Source of the DNA: Trichoplax sp. H2
Lineage: Eukaryota
Direction of reading: 5' to 3'
Assembly (NCBI GenBank): GCA_003344405.1
Contig: NOWV01000105.1
Span: 124,001 to 188,000 of the forward strand
Length of the DNA stretch: 64,000 bases
The notes under the pieces are model-generated. The model was not told where the DNA came from and did no database searches. It was given only the letters and a program-made list of their open reading frames with translations. A program made the translations under genes and the position numbers. Of the stretch, positions 52,001-64,000 are shown piece after piece; position 1 is the first letter of the stretch; every line of letters starts with the position of its first letter.

Positions 52001-52732
52001 AACTCCTATAGCGTGCGTCTATAGTGATACTTCTGATCGGACTCAGATTGGTAGGTAGTATTAAAAAGTTGCATCACTCTTTTAGATTTTACTATTTTAT
52101 ATAGTACGCAAGCATACATTCGAATGCAAGCTTAAGGAGAGCACTAATTATTGTTATTTAGCTATTGATCCAATTTAACCATTGATAGGTAATTCTAATG
52201 CAGCTACATCCACTGACCCACTTGCACAACCAGAAGGTAATGCGTCGAGATAGCTTATTGAAATTAATTAATTTACCAATGGAATATGCTTCTCATTGTT
52301 ATCATCTCCCCTATTCGCTTGTGTAGCTCCTCCGCTATATCATGGTAAGTGTATAAGCTTAATATGAAAAAAACAATAGTGCTTTTGGTAAATTGCCTAC
52401 CTTCCTCTACTTCGCAATTCTAAAATTGGCGGTATGGGTTAAAATAATTTGATTGGTGCAAATTATAATTACAGAGTTTAGGAATTATCAGTCTACTAGC
52501 TTTAATCCTGAAATTTCGAAAACAGCTTATAAAGAGTCAGGTGAAAAATATTCGAAATTATTGACATGTGTATAACTTAAAAGCTAGAAATGAGTAATAT
52601 TTTGATTTGGTAGATTACCCTAATTTTCATTGCTAATTTTTTTTTTACTTAGAAATAGCTAACGAACCCCCTCCCTATCACTTGATTTTATCATCGAAAT
52701 GCAAAGCTGAATTAGTATCAGAATGGGTTTAA
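49040..52732 (+). CDS. Small type-I membrane protein, about 291 aa: SP-LRRNT-LRRCT-like-RLRR-TM-tail with 2 PPxY and C-terminal SEWV; exons 49040-49245, 50751-50935, 51778-52050, 52189-52236, 52327-52344, 52475-52540, 52653-52732
   Basis: MAVHYGYLIMVILLPVISQVITASA; CPKDCTCDNYHVRC...LPADAKIV|IFKENFPCD...KCSQRQNSQGLALIDL; RLRR; AIILGTCFSGGLALVILICW-RNRMKRK; APPLY; EPPPY; ELVSEWV*. The seven GT-AG exons total 876 nt with an open frame. An alternative ATG lies at 49022. Confidence 0.8.
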
Positions 52733-54306
52733 GTGAACTCTATGCCGTACAATAATATATGAACTACTTTTTACCGGACTTCCATAAATTTGTTTCTTGT
52801 GCATTTGTTATGCGGAACTCGTAGATAACCTTATAATTTCAGTCGTTGCTTACATATTTAGGATAATAAGCGTATCAAAGGTTGGAAAGATATGCGTCTA
52901 TTAGCCTACTTTGTAATTCATTTGGATGTTGTGCTATTTTAACTCATTAAGGTCACTAATGCAATTAGGTAGATTAGATTAATATTTGCTAATCATTTAG
53001 ATTAAAGTAGTCATAAGCTGCAATAATGTGGTTCTAAGAGACTTTCTGTATAAAACTTAAATCTACTGTATAAAATTCCTTATTCGCTCGCGTAATATAA
53101 TAAATAATTGTGAAAAAATTTTAGGTTATATCGCTGATAGCATCGATATATGCTAAATTTTAAAAGACTAGAGATTATTGCAAGTTTTTAGTACATTAAC
53201 TCCCAAGTAAAGTCGGCTAGACGAATTCATCCCTGATGTCTATATATTTCTAAAAATTGCTTACTTACGCACTCCAATTTTGCAGCATCTAGACTCTAGA
53301 CTCGATGATAATTGCTAACTAGTTACCTATATCATCTCAAAGTGGATGGTATTTAGCTACTCTTTTAGGCTTTATGATTACTCGGTCTATGTTTATTACA
53401 ATAAAATTAAGCACTACACCTATAGTATACTACCTGACACCATTCTACACTGGAAAAAAACGGAAATCTTTTGAAACTTTCTACGACATTTTCTGTATCC
53501 CATTGTCTAGGTTGTAGCTATGTCCACTTTATATTGGAATATACTAGCATCGGCCGCTAGGGACTTTTCTAATTCTAGTGTTTTAATGTTTCTATTTCTC
53601 CCTAACCCTAATCAATAGGTATGTTTCTAGTGGTTCATGATATTAGCAACCTAATATTGATTGCTAGCAGTGATTTTGTAACATGTCGGTATAATATTTT
53701 TTGAATTAATTTTCTGGCATTAGGATAAAGGAGTATTACTGAACAAAAATACGTTCTGCTTTATATCTCATATTTTATCGAAGCAAGAAAGAATCAAGTT
53801 GTAGTGAGTGAATACTGTCAATAAAGATTTTCAAGAGATAGGTTCTCGATTTTTACTTTAGTTTCATTTATAAATACTCAGAGAATCTATAATCTGTAAA
53901 ATACGTAAACTGCGTAAAAGTTTAACATTATAGTCCTGATATATATCCACTAAATTTCGCAGAATTTCATTTACTATTGGCAATTTTCTGGTAAGGTATT
54001 AACTGCTTTGAGTTTGTACGCCATATTTAGTAACAGCTATATTACATGAAAGAGATCGTATTTGTGAAAAGAGAGTAAACGGTTGTAAGTACTAGGAAAT
54101 ATTAATCTTTTAATCTCATCATATATGATTCCGAAAGAAAAAAGCTTTTCCTACTCATTTTGTAAGAATTTAATAATAAGATTTAGTGCAAAAACCAAAC
54201 AATAACTGAAAATTCTTAATTAGCTTCTAATACGTACGATGTTTACTATTACTACAAGTGGAGATTGAAATAAAAAACTATCAGTTGAATCTATTGGAGC
54301 TTGAGT

Positions 54307-54788
54307 AATAAGCTAAGGTTCTGTTTTTCAGTGACTATTGCAATGGAGATGAATGATGGTTGGTAACTAATAATATAGTATAGATTTTATTAGGATTTTA
54401 CGTTATAAAAGAAAGAAAGTTCCTATAGACTGAATTTTAATAAGCAAAGGTTCTGGCTTTCAGTCAGATTATTGCAATGGAAATGAATGATTGTTGGTAA
54501 CTAATAATATAGTATAGATTTTATTAGGATTTTACGTTATAAAAGAAAGAAAGTTCCTATAGACTGAATTTTAATAAGCAAAGGTTCTGGCTTTCAGTCG
54601 GATTATTGCAATGGAAATGAATGATGGTTGGTAACTAATAATGTAACATAGATTTTATTAGGATTTTACGTTATAAAAGAAAGAAAGTTCCTATAGACTG
54701 AATTTTAATAAGCAAAGGTTCTGGCTTTCAGTCAGATTATTGCGATGGAGATGAATGATTGTTGGTAACTAATAAATATAATATAGTT
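54307..54788. repeat. Tandem repeat, about 133 bp x about 3.6
   Basis: taataagc(t/a)aaggttctg at about 54307, 54438, 54571 and 54704. Confidence 0.95.
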
Positions 54789-54854
54789 TTTGTTGCGTTA
54801 GTGAAGAATCTGTAATATGCAGATACAGTAAATTTATGATACGAGTTCAGCATT

Positions 54855-56060
54855 TAATGATGTGATTGTAGATACTGGAATATGATGGTATGCGCTATGT
54901 TATATATGTGCGATCGACTGTATAAAAGTAGGCGACCGTTGGAAAATAAAGAGGAAGTTCTTTGATAGTCCAACGAAAAGCTTAATCTTGGTCTAACTCG
55001 AGTGTTAGAAGAGTCTCGTGTCTAGTCAATCCCTATTATACTGTCCAAGACTGATATCCAAATTAGTCGCTAGGTTGATTTTATTTTGCACTAACGACTA
55101 CTGACGACCGTTGGCAATTCTGGTTCTTCCTTCCTTTAAGGTAGCCCTGTCATTAGTCATGACTATTTTAGACTACTGGAGTACACTACACGGAAATGTG
55201 GAAAGCACTGTACGCGTACAAGTACTGCACACTGTACAGAAGTTCTTTCTCGATCTCAATTTGACGTAGTTTAATAAATAAATAAAATATCGAAATGGCG
55301 TCCAAATTAAAAATTAATTATTTTTGTATAGTACGTCAATTTACTTAATTAATGATGAGATTGTAGTAGATTACGTTAGTAAAGGGAGAGCAATGACTGA
55401 TGATAGAATGGTTCGTCTCATAGTACTTGATCACCACTCTCGCAAGAAGTATGATGGCACACGGAAAAGCTAGAGTACAGTATCACCGCTGCAGCAATCC
55501 TAGAAAAAAATAGTATTGATATACTGTACAGCGCGTTCTACTTTTATGGTAGAAATCTGCCACATTGCCAATAGCTTTTTCTGATACCGACTGTCCGAGA
55601 GTTATTGTCCCTCTTTCTCTCTTATATTGGTCCCAGCTGTCACTGCTCACACAGTATTCTAAACCTAATCCTAATCGCTAGCATATTTCCTTACACGGCT
55701 TCATAGTACTTAAGAACAACATCTATACTTTGTCAATCTTGGCAGTCATACACCTAATGTGCATAATTTATACTGCACTAGCTGCAAGAATTCTACATCA
55801 GTATTTAACCGGGTACTATTTTGCTCTGAAATGCTAGTCATCATGCTTTTCTATAATTTCCGCGAGCAAATTCACTACTTTAGCACGTAATGATGTAATT
55901 GTAGATACTATAATATTACATATGTGCGATAGAGAGTATAAAAGTATGTGACTGTTAGAAATAAAGGCAGTTCTTTGGTAGTCAAACAAAAAGGTTGTGC
56001 TGGTTAATCTTGGTCTCGCTCGAGCATTAGAAGAGCCTCGTGTCTAGTCAATCCCTATCA
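54855..56060. repeat. Diverged direct repeat pair of about 175-185 bp (54855-55039 and 55889-56060)
   Basis: Shared taatgatgt.attgtagatact...gtataaaagta...ttaatcttggtct..ctcgag...ctcgtgtctagtcaatccctat. Confidence 0.85.
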
Positions 56061-56360
56061 GCTAGCATGCTACACACTATGGTATTGAACTATAGATGGA
56101 TTGGCTCAAGTGTTAATGAAGAGCTAGAATTAAGGTAGATATTTATTTGGCGAAATAAGTACAAAGCAATTAAATATTAGGATATTAATTATCCATGGAT
56201 TTCCAAGTTTTGTTGACGAGTGTATGAAAACCTCTTAATCAATAAGAAATAATTTATTTCGATCCAAAGATTAACGTGGTCGTTGATGTTGGAAAATATA
56301 TTGCCTGTGCCAATGATCATATTCAACTAAATTAATTAACGTTTGGCAGCAGTTATTAGA

Positions 56361-57428
56361 TCAGATGTTTACTGGTATAATCCTCTGCTTTCTTGATTTA
56401 AAACATAAAATTGATTTCATAGCGATATTGAAAGGAGGATTGTAAAAGTAACAAATGAAAATATTGGCGACGCTATCAAAGCAAGTTAAATATTTAGTTA
56501 AAACACGAATCATTAATATTTTTGATCTCATATGACAATCATACTTGCTGTAAGCTATTGTTATTAATTCCATAAGTTTAGTATTAATTAAGATGACATA
56601 GATCCAAAACGGCAACCATACCATTAAGTAGACAATGAAGATAGCAAATGACATTTTACGCAATTTTAGCTTGACTTGATCGATTCTTCGCACTCGTTGA
56701 TGACAACGTAGACCATCCGATGATTCACCTTGTCCACTGCTAACGGAATCTATAGACAAATCGTTAATATTACGCAAGATTTGAATGTTGAAGAATGCCA
56801 CAATTACGATAGGTACGGTATAGGTAAAAAAGAATAGTGAGAAATCATAAACAGCGCGTATGGAATTTATTCCTGGAAGAGGATAGAGTATACAGTATGA
56901 TGATACACCATATTTCTTAACGGTCAATATAATAGTGTAAGGAAGCATGTAGGATATACCTGTTATCCATATCACAATTATGCAATACACGGCTTGCCTT
57001 CTATTTGGTTGGGCTTGCAAAGGAGTACAAAATGCACAAAATCGAGCGTAACACATTAAGATGATGCTAAATGCTGATACAATAACCGCTACAATAAAGG
57101 TGGAATGCGTAATTTTACATAAAAATTCTCCAAATGGCCAAGTACTATTATAGGAAAAGTCAGAAATAAATTGAAGTAGTGTCGATATTACAGATAAAAT
57201 TGTAACAGCGCTGTAATTGACCATCATTATGTTAGTATAGGTCCATAATCGTCTAGTGCGGATAACAATATAACTAATGCTTAAATTACCAATTATTGAT
57301 ACCGCAAATGCAAATAAAAAAATAGAAATTTTTAGAACTGTAACCATACTGTCGATCATTGGATAATTACCATGATTGATACATTGAGATAAATTACTTC
57401 GAAGTGTCTCGTTCGCTGTCGAATTCAT
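56361..57428 (-). CDS. Intronless class A (rhodopsin-like) GPCR, 355 aa, peptide-receptor-like
   Basis: N-glycosylation sequons at the N-terminus; IIGN (TM1); WPFGEFLCK (ECL1/TM3); ARF at the DRY position; IWI (TM4); VP (TM5); VWLPF (TM6); ANIFICYFYN (TM7); seven hydrophobic segments. Confidence 0.93.
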   Translation of the reverse strand: MNSTANETLRSNLSQCINHGNYPMIDSMVTVLKISIFLFAFAVSIIGNLSISYIVIRTRRLWTYTNIMMVNYSAVTILSVISTLLQFISDFSYNSTWPFGEFLCKITHSTFIVAVIVSAFSIILMCYARFCAFCTPLQAQPNRRQAVYCIIVIWITGISYMLPYTIILTVKKYGVSSYCILYPLPGINSIRAVYDFSLFFFTYTVPIVIVAFFNIQILRNINDLSIDSVSSGQGESSDGLRCHQRVRRIDQVKLKLRKMSFAIFIVYLMVWLPFWIYVILINTKLMELITIAYSKYDCHMRSKILMIRVLTKYLTCFDSVANIFICYFYNPPFNIAMKSILCFKSRKQRIIPVNI

Positions 57429-60400
57429 TATGCCAATCGTTAGAAATGCTTCAACTTTACTGCGATTGTCTGCCCCTTACTTTTTGAAGAAACTTGAAAT
57501 TAATGAAGGTAACAATTTGTTGCTACAGTATTAAATTCTCTCTGCTATTAAATATCTTTATGACGACTGTTTTTGCTTGATAATAAATTATGTATACATC
57601 CAATGCCGTTGGTAAATATTTTATTGACCTAGTAAGACCGGATGTGAATTAATGATGTGGCAAATTAAGATGCCACCTATGTCGTAGGTACTGAGTTAAT
57701 CATCTGCTTGATCGACTTAAATTATATGTGACGTATTAGATTGATGAAAGTATTATCATTGCATTATACAAGAAATATAATCTGCCATCTTCAAATATTA
57801 ATTTGGTAGCGTTGCTTAAGTCATAGTCTTCGAGTAGATAAGTACTTTGCGATGATATATACCCAAAGTCAAATCTTTAATGAAAGTATTTCACAAAAGG
57901 TTTATATGCCAAACGTAGCTAAAACGTAGCAGAATTAATTTCATATAAATTGTTTAGTGACAATACTTACTATTAAAGGGACCAGATAAGTCAATATTCC
58001 ATTGTTTAACTGAGAGTGAAACCTTAGGACATACTCGTAAATGCATTTAATTTGCTGATTTAGATAGGTCAAATTGATTTGTATATGCTAATATCGTTAA
58101 CAGTTAGTCATACGATCAGTTTGTCACCTGCGAATAATTCACGATGATGTTAGGATTTATTCTATATTTCTATTAATTAAGACTCCAAGGTCACCAATTG
58201 ATGATAATGACTCTAGGGGAAGTGAGTAATTTTGAATAGGTTATGAATTAGCGATAAATACTCAAATATTGTAAATAATTGATTACTTTCATTTGTTACC
58301 TAATTTAAAATAAAGCTAAAAAATGTATAGAAATACTGCTAATTATTCTAATTGATGTCTTTGCTATCAAAATTTGCGAGAGATAACTTTAGCAATATTG
58401 TATCTTGCATGTTATAAAATACCACACTTGAGTATTCATAAAAGTTAAGTAAATAAAAATTTTTGCTTGCAATAACTTATGTCGTACATGTTCTAGAGTA
58501 TAATTAAGCAATTCCTGTGGCTTTTTAAAGCTTCATTTCTTTCTCAAATTGTATACTTTCCAACTCAGTTTGTATATTTTCATATATAACCATCATGTAA
58601 TTGAATTGATTTTAAATTAAGATTAGAATATGAAATATCATGGAAATTGAATTCAACTTCACTATATTCAGTAATACTCTGTCTCTAATTCATAATTTAG
58701 TTTACAGTCTGCACACTATTATGTGAATTAGTTTAATATTTAATAAAAATCTGTTTAGAAAGTGAAGGATAAACAATTGGACAGTGCTTGGATTTAGGAT
58801 ATAATTATCAATACGTTCTAAAATAGCTTTGTAACGTCGTACTGCCCTTTGAGAAAGTTCTCCGAATTGCGATCCTGTCTTTAATTAAAATATATACTTA
58901 AGGTCACGATAAATTATTAGTAAAACCATAATAAAAGATAACATTGATTGAATTTAATGATGCATTTAAAGTTCACAGTTATGAGATTAAAAAAGTAAAG
59001 GGTAGATTTGCGTTGGAATTTTAGGAAACTAGAGTTTCCTATGCATTTCATCCCGTAATTGATAGCGTCGCTAATTATAATCTATGGAGTTATTACATAA
59101 CATTGGCTGGTAAAGTGTAAAAGCGAAGTATAAAAAGATACTGTAGGAGTCTGTTCATTGTAGGTTTTGGGTAATTAAATTTCTAATAAGTCTGAAGATT
59201 TGAATTTCTAATTACTGCGAGAAATCGCTTGAATTGAAAAAATGACTCATGCGTTATAATTTATCAGCAAAATCTTTGGAATTTATATCAGTATATATCA
59301 AAGTACATATAATATATGATGTAATAAATATTTACAGTTAAAATTGAGAGATACGCTGTATCTAGAAATACTAATCGATAATATTTTATTTTAGAAGTTT
59401 ATTGAATATTGATTGCGTCATCATACGGTAATTGAGCTTTCATGTTCTTAGAATTTTTATTCAAATTGGTTATATTATTATGCCTGCATTTGCTAATATA
59501 GGAGCGGGTGTATACTATTAATGAACTATTAGTCCTTCATAGCGCTGATGCTTTCAATTTTTTCCTTGAATATTTTATATTTTTAGATACATCTAGGTAA
59601 TTGTTACGAGTTTGCTATAAAAATTATTTAGTTCTGTTAGGAATTTATGATTCTATGATTTTAGAAATTTTCTTTTACATGAAAATGGTTCGTATGAAAG
59701 ACTTATAGAAACATATACTAATAATTTATATAATAGCTATCAGTTGTAACTGACAATATCTCACTCTTAAATAGTGTTATTAATATTATAATTGTGCCAA
59801 AATCAATCCATGGAAGTAAAACCTATTGTGATTGCATGCGGCTATTATATCATTCAGATTTACTGAAATAATTTTGGCCTGTTAATTATTCTTATATTTG
59901 TCTCCATGTAGCTTGATGTCACTGCCAAGCTTTGGTCGTGAGAATGATTATGATTACATACAGTAGGCTGTGTATAACAGTGTCTGCAGTCCACGATATT
60001 AAAATGATGTTTTGGTGAGCTAGCTCATATATAAGATACTAGTTTTGTAAGTTGAATCGTTAGTTCTATAATCAAACCTTATACTTTTGCTATTTGTTAA
60101 TGCTTATATTATTTAAGTAATCAACTACTTTTGACTAAGGTTAAGTCGTATTTAGAACATTTTGGATGAGTTGTCTCAGTGTGATTGGATATCTCCATTT
60201 AAATTGATTAAGGGTTTTCTTGATCTAAAGCTTTCTTTAAATACAAATTAGGATCTAGTGGTGACGAAAAAGTTCTCATTTACTTAGTAATAAACTTTAT
60301 TTACCGTAAACAGGCATTGGCTGTTTTCGTGTATATGACTTAGGCTTCTAGTCACCGAAACGATATTGTACTTAGTTGTCTGGATTTGTAACGCTCCGAG

Positions 60401-63400
60401 ACTTACCTGACTACTTTATTTGCTTAGTTCAATTGGTGGAATGATTGAGATATTTAGTGTTAATCTTTCTCGTAGCATTCGTTAGTCATTTATGTTATAG
60501 TGGTTGGTCTAACACTTGGATACTTAAAAGAAATATGTTAATAAAATTTCTTAATAAAAATTAGCTATTAATTCAGAAATTAGTGGACATACCACAGAAT
60601 GTAGGTGAAAATAGACAAGTTCGACTTATTCAGATTTTTTAAGATATTTAGACAGTCATTATCTGAAAATATTCGTATCATAAAAAGCTACTTATAAATA
60701 TCGGTATAAAATTCGAGCAGCAAATAACGATTGCTAAAATTACGTTTAATGAATTTTCGAATCCTGAAGACCTTATAATGTAGTAGACGCTACAAATTGG
60801 GTATTTACGCAATGACATGTTTTGATATAAAAGTATACTGTAACTTCTAGAAAACAGATAGTTTTTATTCAAGCAATAGAAGGAGATTCTGGTTACTAAA
60901 CTGTATTTGCTTAATTTAAAGGTCGTGTAGTCCAAAATATATAAACACGTAAAATGCTCAGTTTTGTTATTTATGAAAGTGTAACTATTGTAATTCTAAA
61001 CGAATAAAGGTGCATGGAATCTTTCAATTTTGCTCATATATTAAAGTTTGCGGCAATTCAAGGATATTCTTATTTTTTTTTAGCTCATTCCAAAATCTAA
61101 TCTCATAAAGTGAGTGAAATCAAATTCCACTTTGAGTTATAATAAATTCTACTAGTATTACGAACGATAAGGTTTTTACATCTTCTTATAAAATCATCGA
61201 TTTTCTTAACTGTTACATTCACAGAATTTAAAGATATACTAGTACAATGTTCTAATATTCGCTAATAATTAAATAAACTGTTCGATTTGATAGAGCTAGT
61301 ATCAATATTTTACCAAATTTGAGTCCTTCTGTGCATTCATAGCAGCTATTTCATAACTATTGAAAATATTTGTGGATAGGTTAATGAGTTTGAATGCTAG
61401 AGACTTATAATCTTACTATGATATTAAGAATATTCGAGCCTTAATTTACACAATTCTATTCATTTTCTTTGTTAGCTTTTCTCATATGAGCAAGCTCTAT
61501 CATGCTAATCCATCATATAGCCCTCAGATCGTTGGTGTTCTTTATGGCTACTTTTAGGCATTAATTAACCAACATAATCAAATATGTGCATGTAGGTCAT
61601 TGTATCCAAGAACGTACGTGATACCACAATCTATAACTAAGGTCCATAACTCCTGTCTATAATCAGCATCAATAATACTTGTTACAAAATTAAAATATGA
61701 TATTCTCCACATAGGGCACTGCTATATGGCACACAATTCAAAGAACTGTGACTACTTTTACTGCAGTTAATGCATATACTTTATCCCTATGAAAAGGTAA
61801 TTAAGTTTTGTTTTGATAGTTTATTCAAGATATTTTAAACTAGTTATTAGGGTGATTGCTCGCAGAAAAAGGGCTGTTAGCTTAGATTACATTCGTGGTT
61901 ATTATAATAACGATAAATGAATTAAATTTCTGGATAAGGTCACAAAATGAAAGATAACGTCAGTTTTAATTTGTACAATACATAAATGAAAATCGGCGAT
62001 GCCTTAATAAAATGAAAATAACAATTTATTTATTTACTAAAAGGATTTTACGTGGTAAATATAACATAATGCTTATGACCGTAATTGTGATTTTAGATAT
62101 CTGAAATTTCATTTTGGATTCATAACACGGTGTAGTGAACAGATGTAAAGTTAAATGAAAGTTATATAAACGAAAAAATTCAACAAATATTCATGTTCAT
62201 GGCTGATATTTAGTCGTATCGCATAAACTACTCGCAAAATTAGAGTACGATATTTTGGTAAAACCTTGTCAGTTCGCGGTATCAATTTAAGAACTCCTCA
62301 GTTTTTAATATCTACCAGTGAGTTTTATATCTAAAACTTTGACAAGAAGAATCTTTAATTTCGTTTCATACGTCGGTGCTTATTTATGGGTATAAATTCT
62401 TGTTGAGAATCCTTAACATCTTAAGTGATCTTGCTTTTTGTATTTGATTTTTAGCATTTGCATGGTTAAAAATAATTTCTGCTAAACTAGATATTTATGC
62501 AATGAAAGTGCGAGTCTTGAGCCACGTCAATGTAAAGATATTAGCATTCGGAAAGCTAACCATTAAATACAGAATTGTTTAATTAAGGTAGTATAGAAAC
62601 AATAAAACTTAAAGTATTCATTCCCGATATCGCTTCGACTATAGCACATTAGCAATTAAGCCCTTGTCTATATATAGTAAATGTGAAAATACTGTAGAAA
62701 TACGCTTGCCTTAGGGTAGGTTACCGTAGATATTGATTCGTTATTATATTTGTTTAGTTGACTATACGATCACTGTAATAGCCAGTAAAGCTACTGTACA
62801 CTTGATTTACTTTTAGGTTATAAACCAAAGGAAATACGTCAGGATACTAAAACAGTATAAGCAACTACGCTTACTTTGGTTTGAAAATTAGAATTCTATT
62901 CTTATATTCTGCTTCATGAAGTCATCGATGAGAAATTAAAATCCGAAAACTAATTCACTTCATAAAATCCATTAAATAGGATAACATCGAAAACGAATCT
63001 TTTTCATCTAGCTATGATTCTAAAGCCTAAATATTTGTACAATATAAGCAAGAGAAAACTTTTACGCCTACTTTCTAAAATTTTAGCGATGAAAGTATTA
63101 TCTTAAACTGGAACTCTTATTACAGGAGAAGCTGCGTAGATTTAAGTGACATCAAATACAGATTTTTCAGTAATGATTTTTAAAGTTTATTCTATCAGTG
63201 GCTAGCGAGTGATCTTACTGTCAGCAAAGTTATTTATTTTGATAATATGGGATATAATATTGTAAAATATTTAAACTGAAATGCTGACCTACTTTGATGA
63301 TGATATTTGCAGTCAATTTAAATTTATAAAAGTTTACGATATCTATTTCTAGGAAAATCTTACATAATTTTAACGAAAAAGATTTCTAAACAGGAACAGT

Positions 63401-63685
63401 CTCGCGGTAAGGCGAACATGTTATGTATTATGCTAAGCTTGAGAAATATCGCTTTTTATGAGAGAAGTTAGTAAGAAATGAATAAAATGAGCATTATTAA
63501 AATTATTTTAAAATATACGCTTATCTTAAATCATTTATTTCCTAATGCTTACTGTATTGGAAGTTATTAATTTATAAATTTGTTTACGATAACTGCGGAT
63601 TATAGCTATAAGTGAGTCAATAAATTTAAAAGTTCGTAAATATTGCAACTACATGGCAGGAGAATTTTAACAGAACTAGGTAAGA

Positions 63686-64000
63686 TCAAACGTTAGTACT
63701 ACGAGAAAACTCATGTAATGTTATTTCTTGAGGATTTCGACATTTGAAACGTAAAATTGATTTAAATGCAGCATTGAAAGGAGGATTGTAGTAATAGCAG
63801 ATAAATATATTAGCTATGCTATGAAAACAAGTTAAATAGTTAGTAAAAATTCGTACGATCAAAATTTTTGATCTGATATGGCAATCGTACTGTTTATACC
63901 TAGCTAGTATATACTTAATTATATTGGTATCGACTAGAAAGACGTAAATCCAATATGGTAACCACACTACTAGGTATGCAAAGAATATAATAACGGACAT
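63686..64000 (-). CDS. 3' part (TM6 to C-terminus) of a paralogous class A GPCR, truncated by the window end
   Basis: YLVVWLPYWIYVFL...YDCHIRSKILIVRIFTNYLTCFHSIANIFICYYYNPPFN is highly similar to the same region of 56361-57428. Confidence 0.92.
   Translation of the reverse strand: MSVIIFFAYLVVWLPYWIYVFLVDTNIIKYILARYKQYDCHIRSKILIVRIFTNYLTCFHSIANIFICYYYNPPFNAAFKSILRFKCRNPQEITLHEFSRSTNV

Noticed and set aside
53599-53612. Telomeric CCCTAA repeat
   Set aside because: Only two units; expected by chance.
60400-60410. acttacctg resembling the U1 snRNA 5' end
   Set aside because: No U1 body follows; it is just the complement of a splice-donor consensus.

Overview
AT-rich, intron-dense animal DNA with compact introns (mostly about 70-150 bp) and one 20-N scaffold gap. 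The gene content and intron style suggest a compact-genome early-branching metazoan such as a placozoan; this is inference only. Left to right: DNAJC25 (-), divergent from MED16 (+); TYSND1 (+, ends in PTS1 -SRL); then a two-fold block of [plastin/fimbrin (-) / divergently transcribed type-I membrane gene (+)]; then an intronless atypical rhodopsin-family GPCR and the 3' part of a paralogue. The most unusual feature is the pair of membrane genes. Both begin with an LRR N-cap exon spliced directly to a degenerate LRR C-cap exon, with no LRR repeats detected between them, followed by a basic convertase-type site. One continues as MAM-kringle-SRCR-SRCR-MAM-TM; the other goes straight to a TM and a tail with two PPxY motifs and a PDZ-type end. 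MED16 contains an AT-AC (U12, minor spliceosome) intron, and the plastin B TATA-containing promoter is quadruplicated as a 115-bp tandem array. Gene models were assembled by eye from splice signals and reading frame, so exon edges may be off by a few bases.
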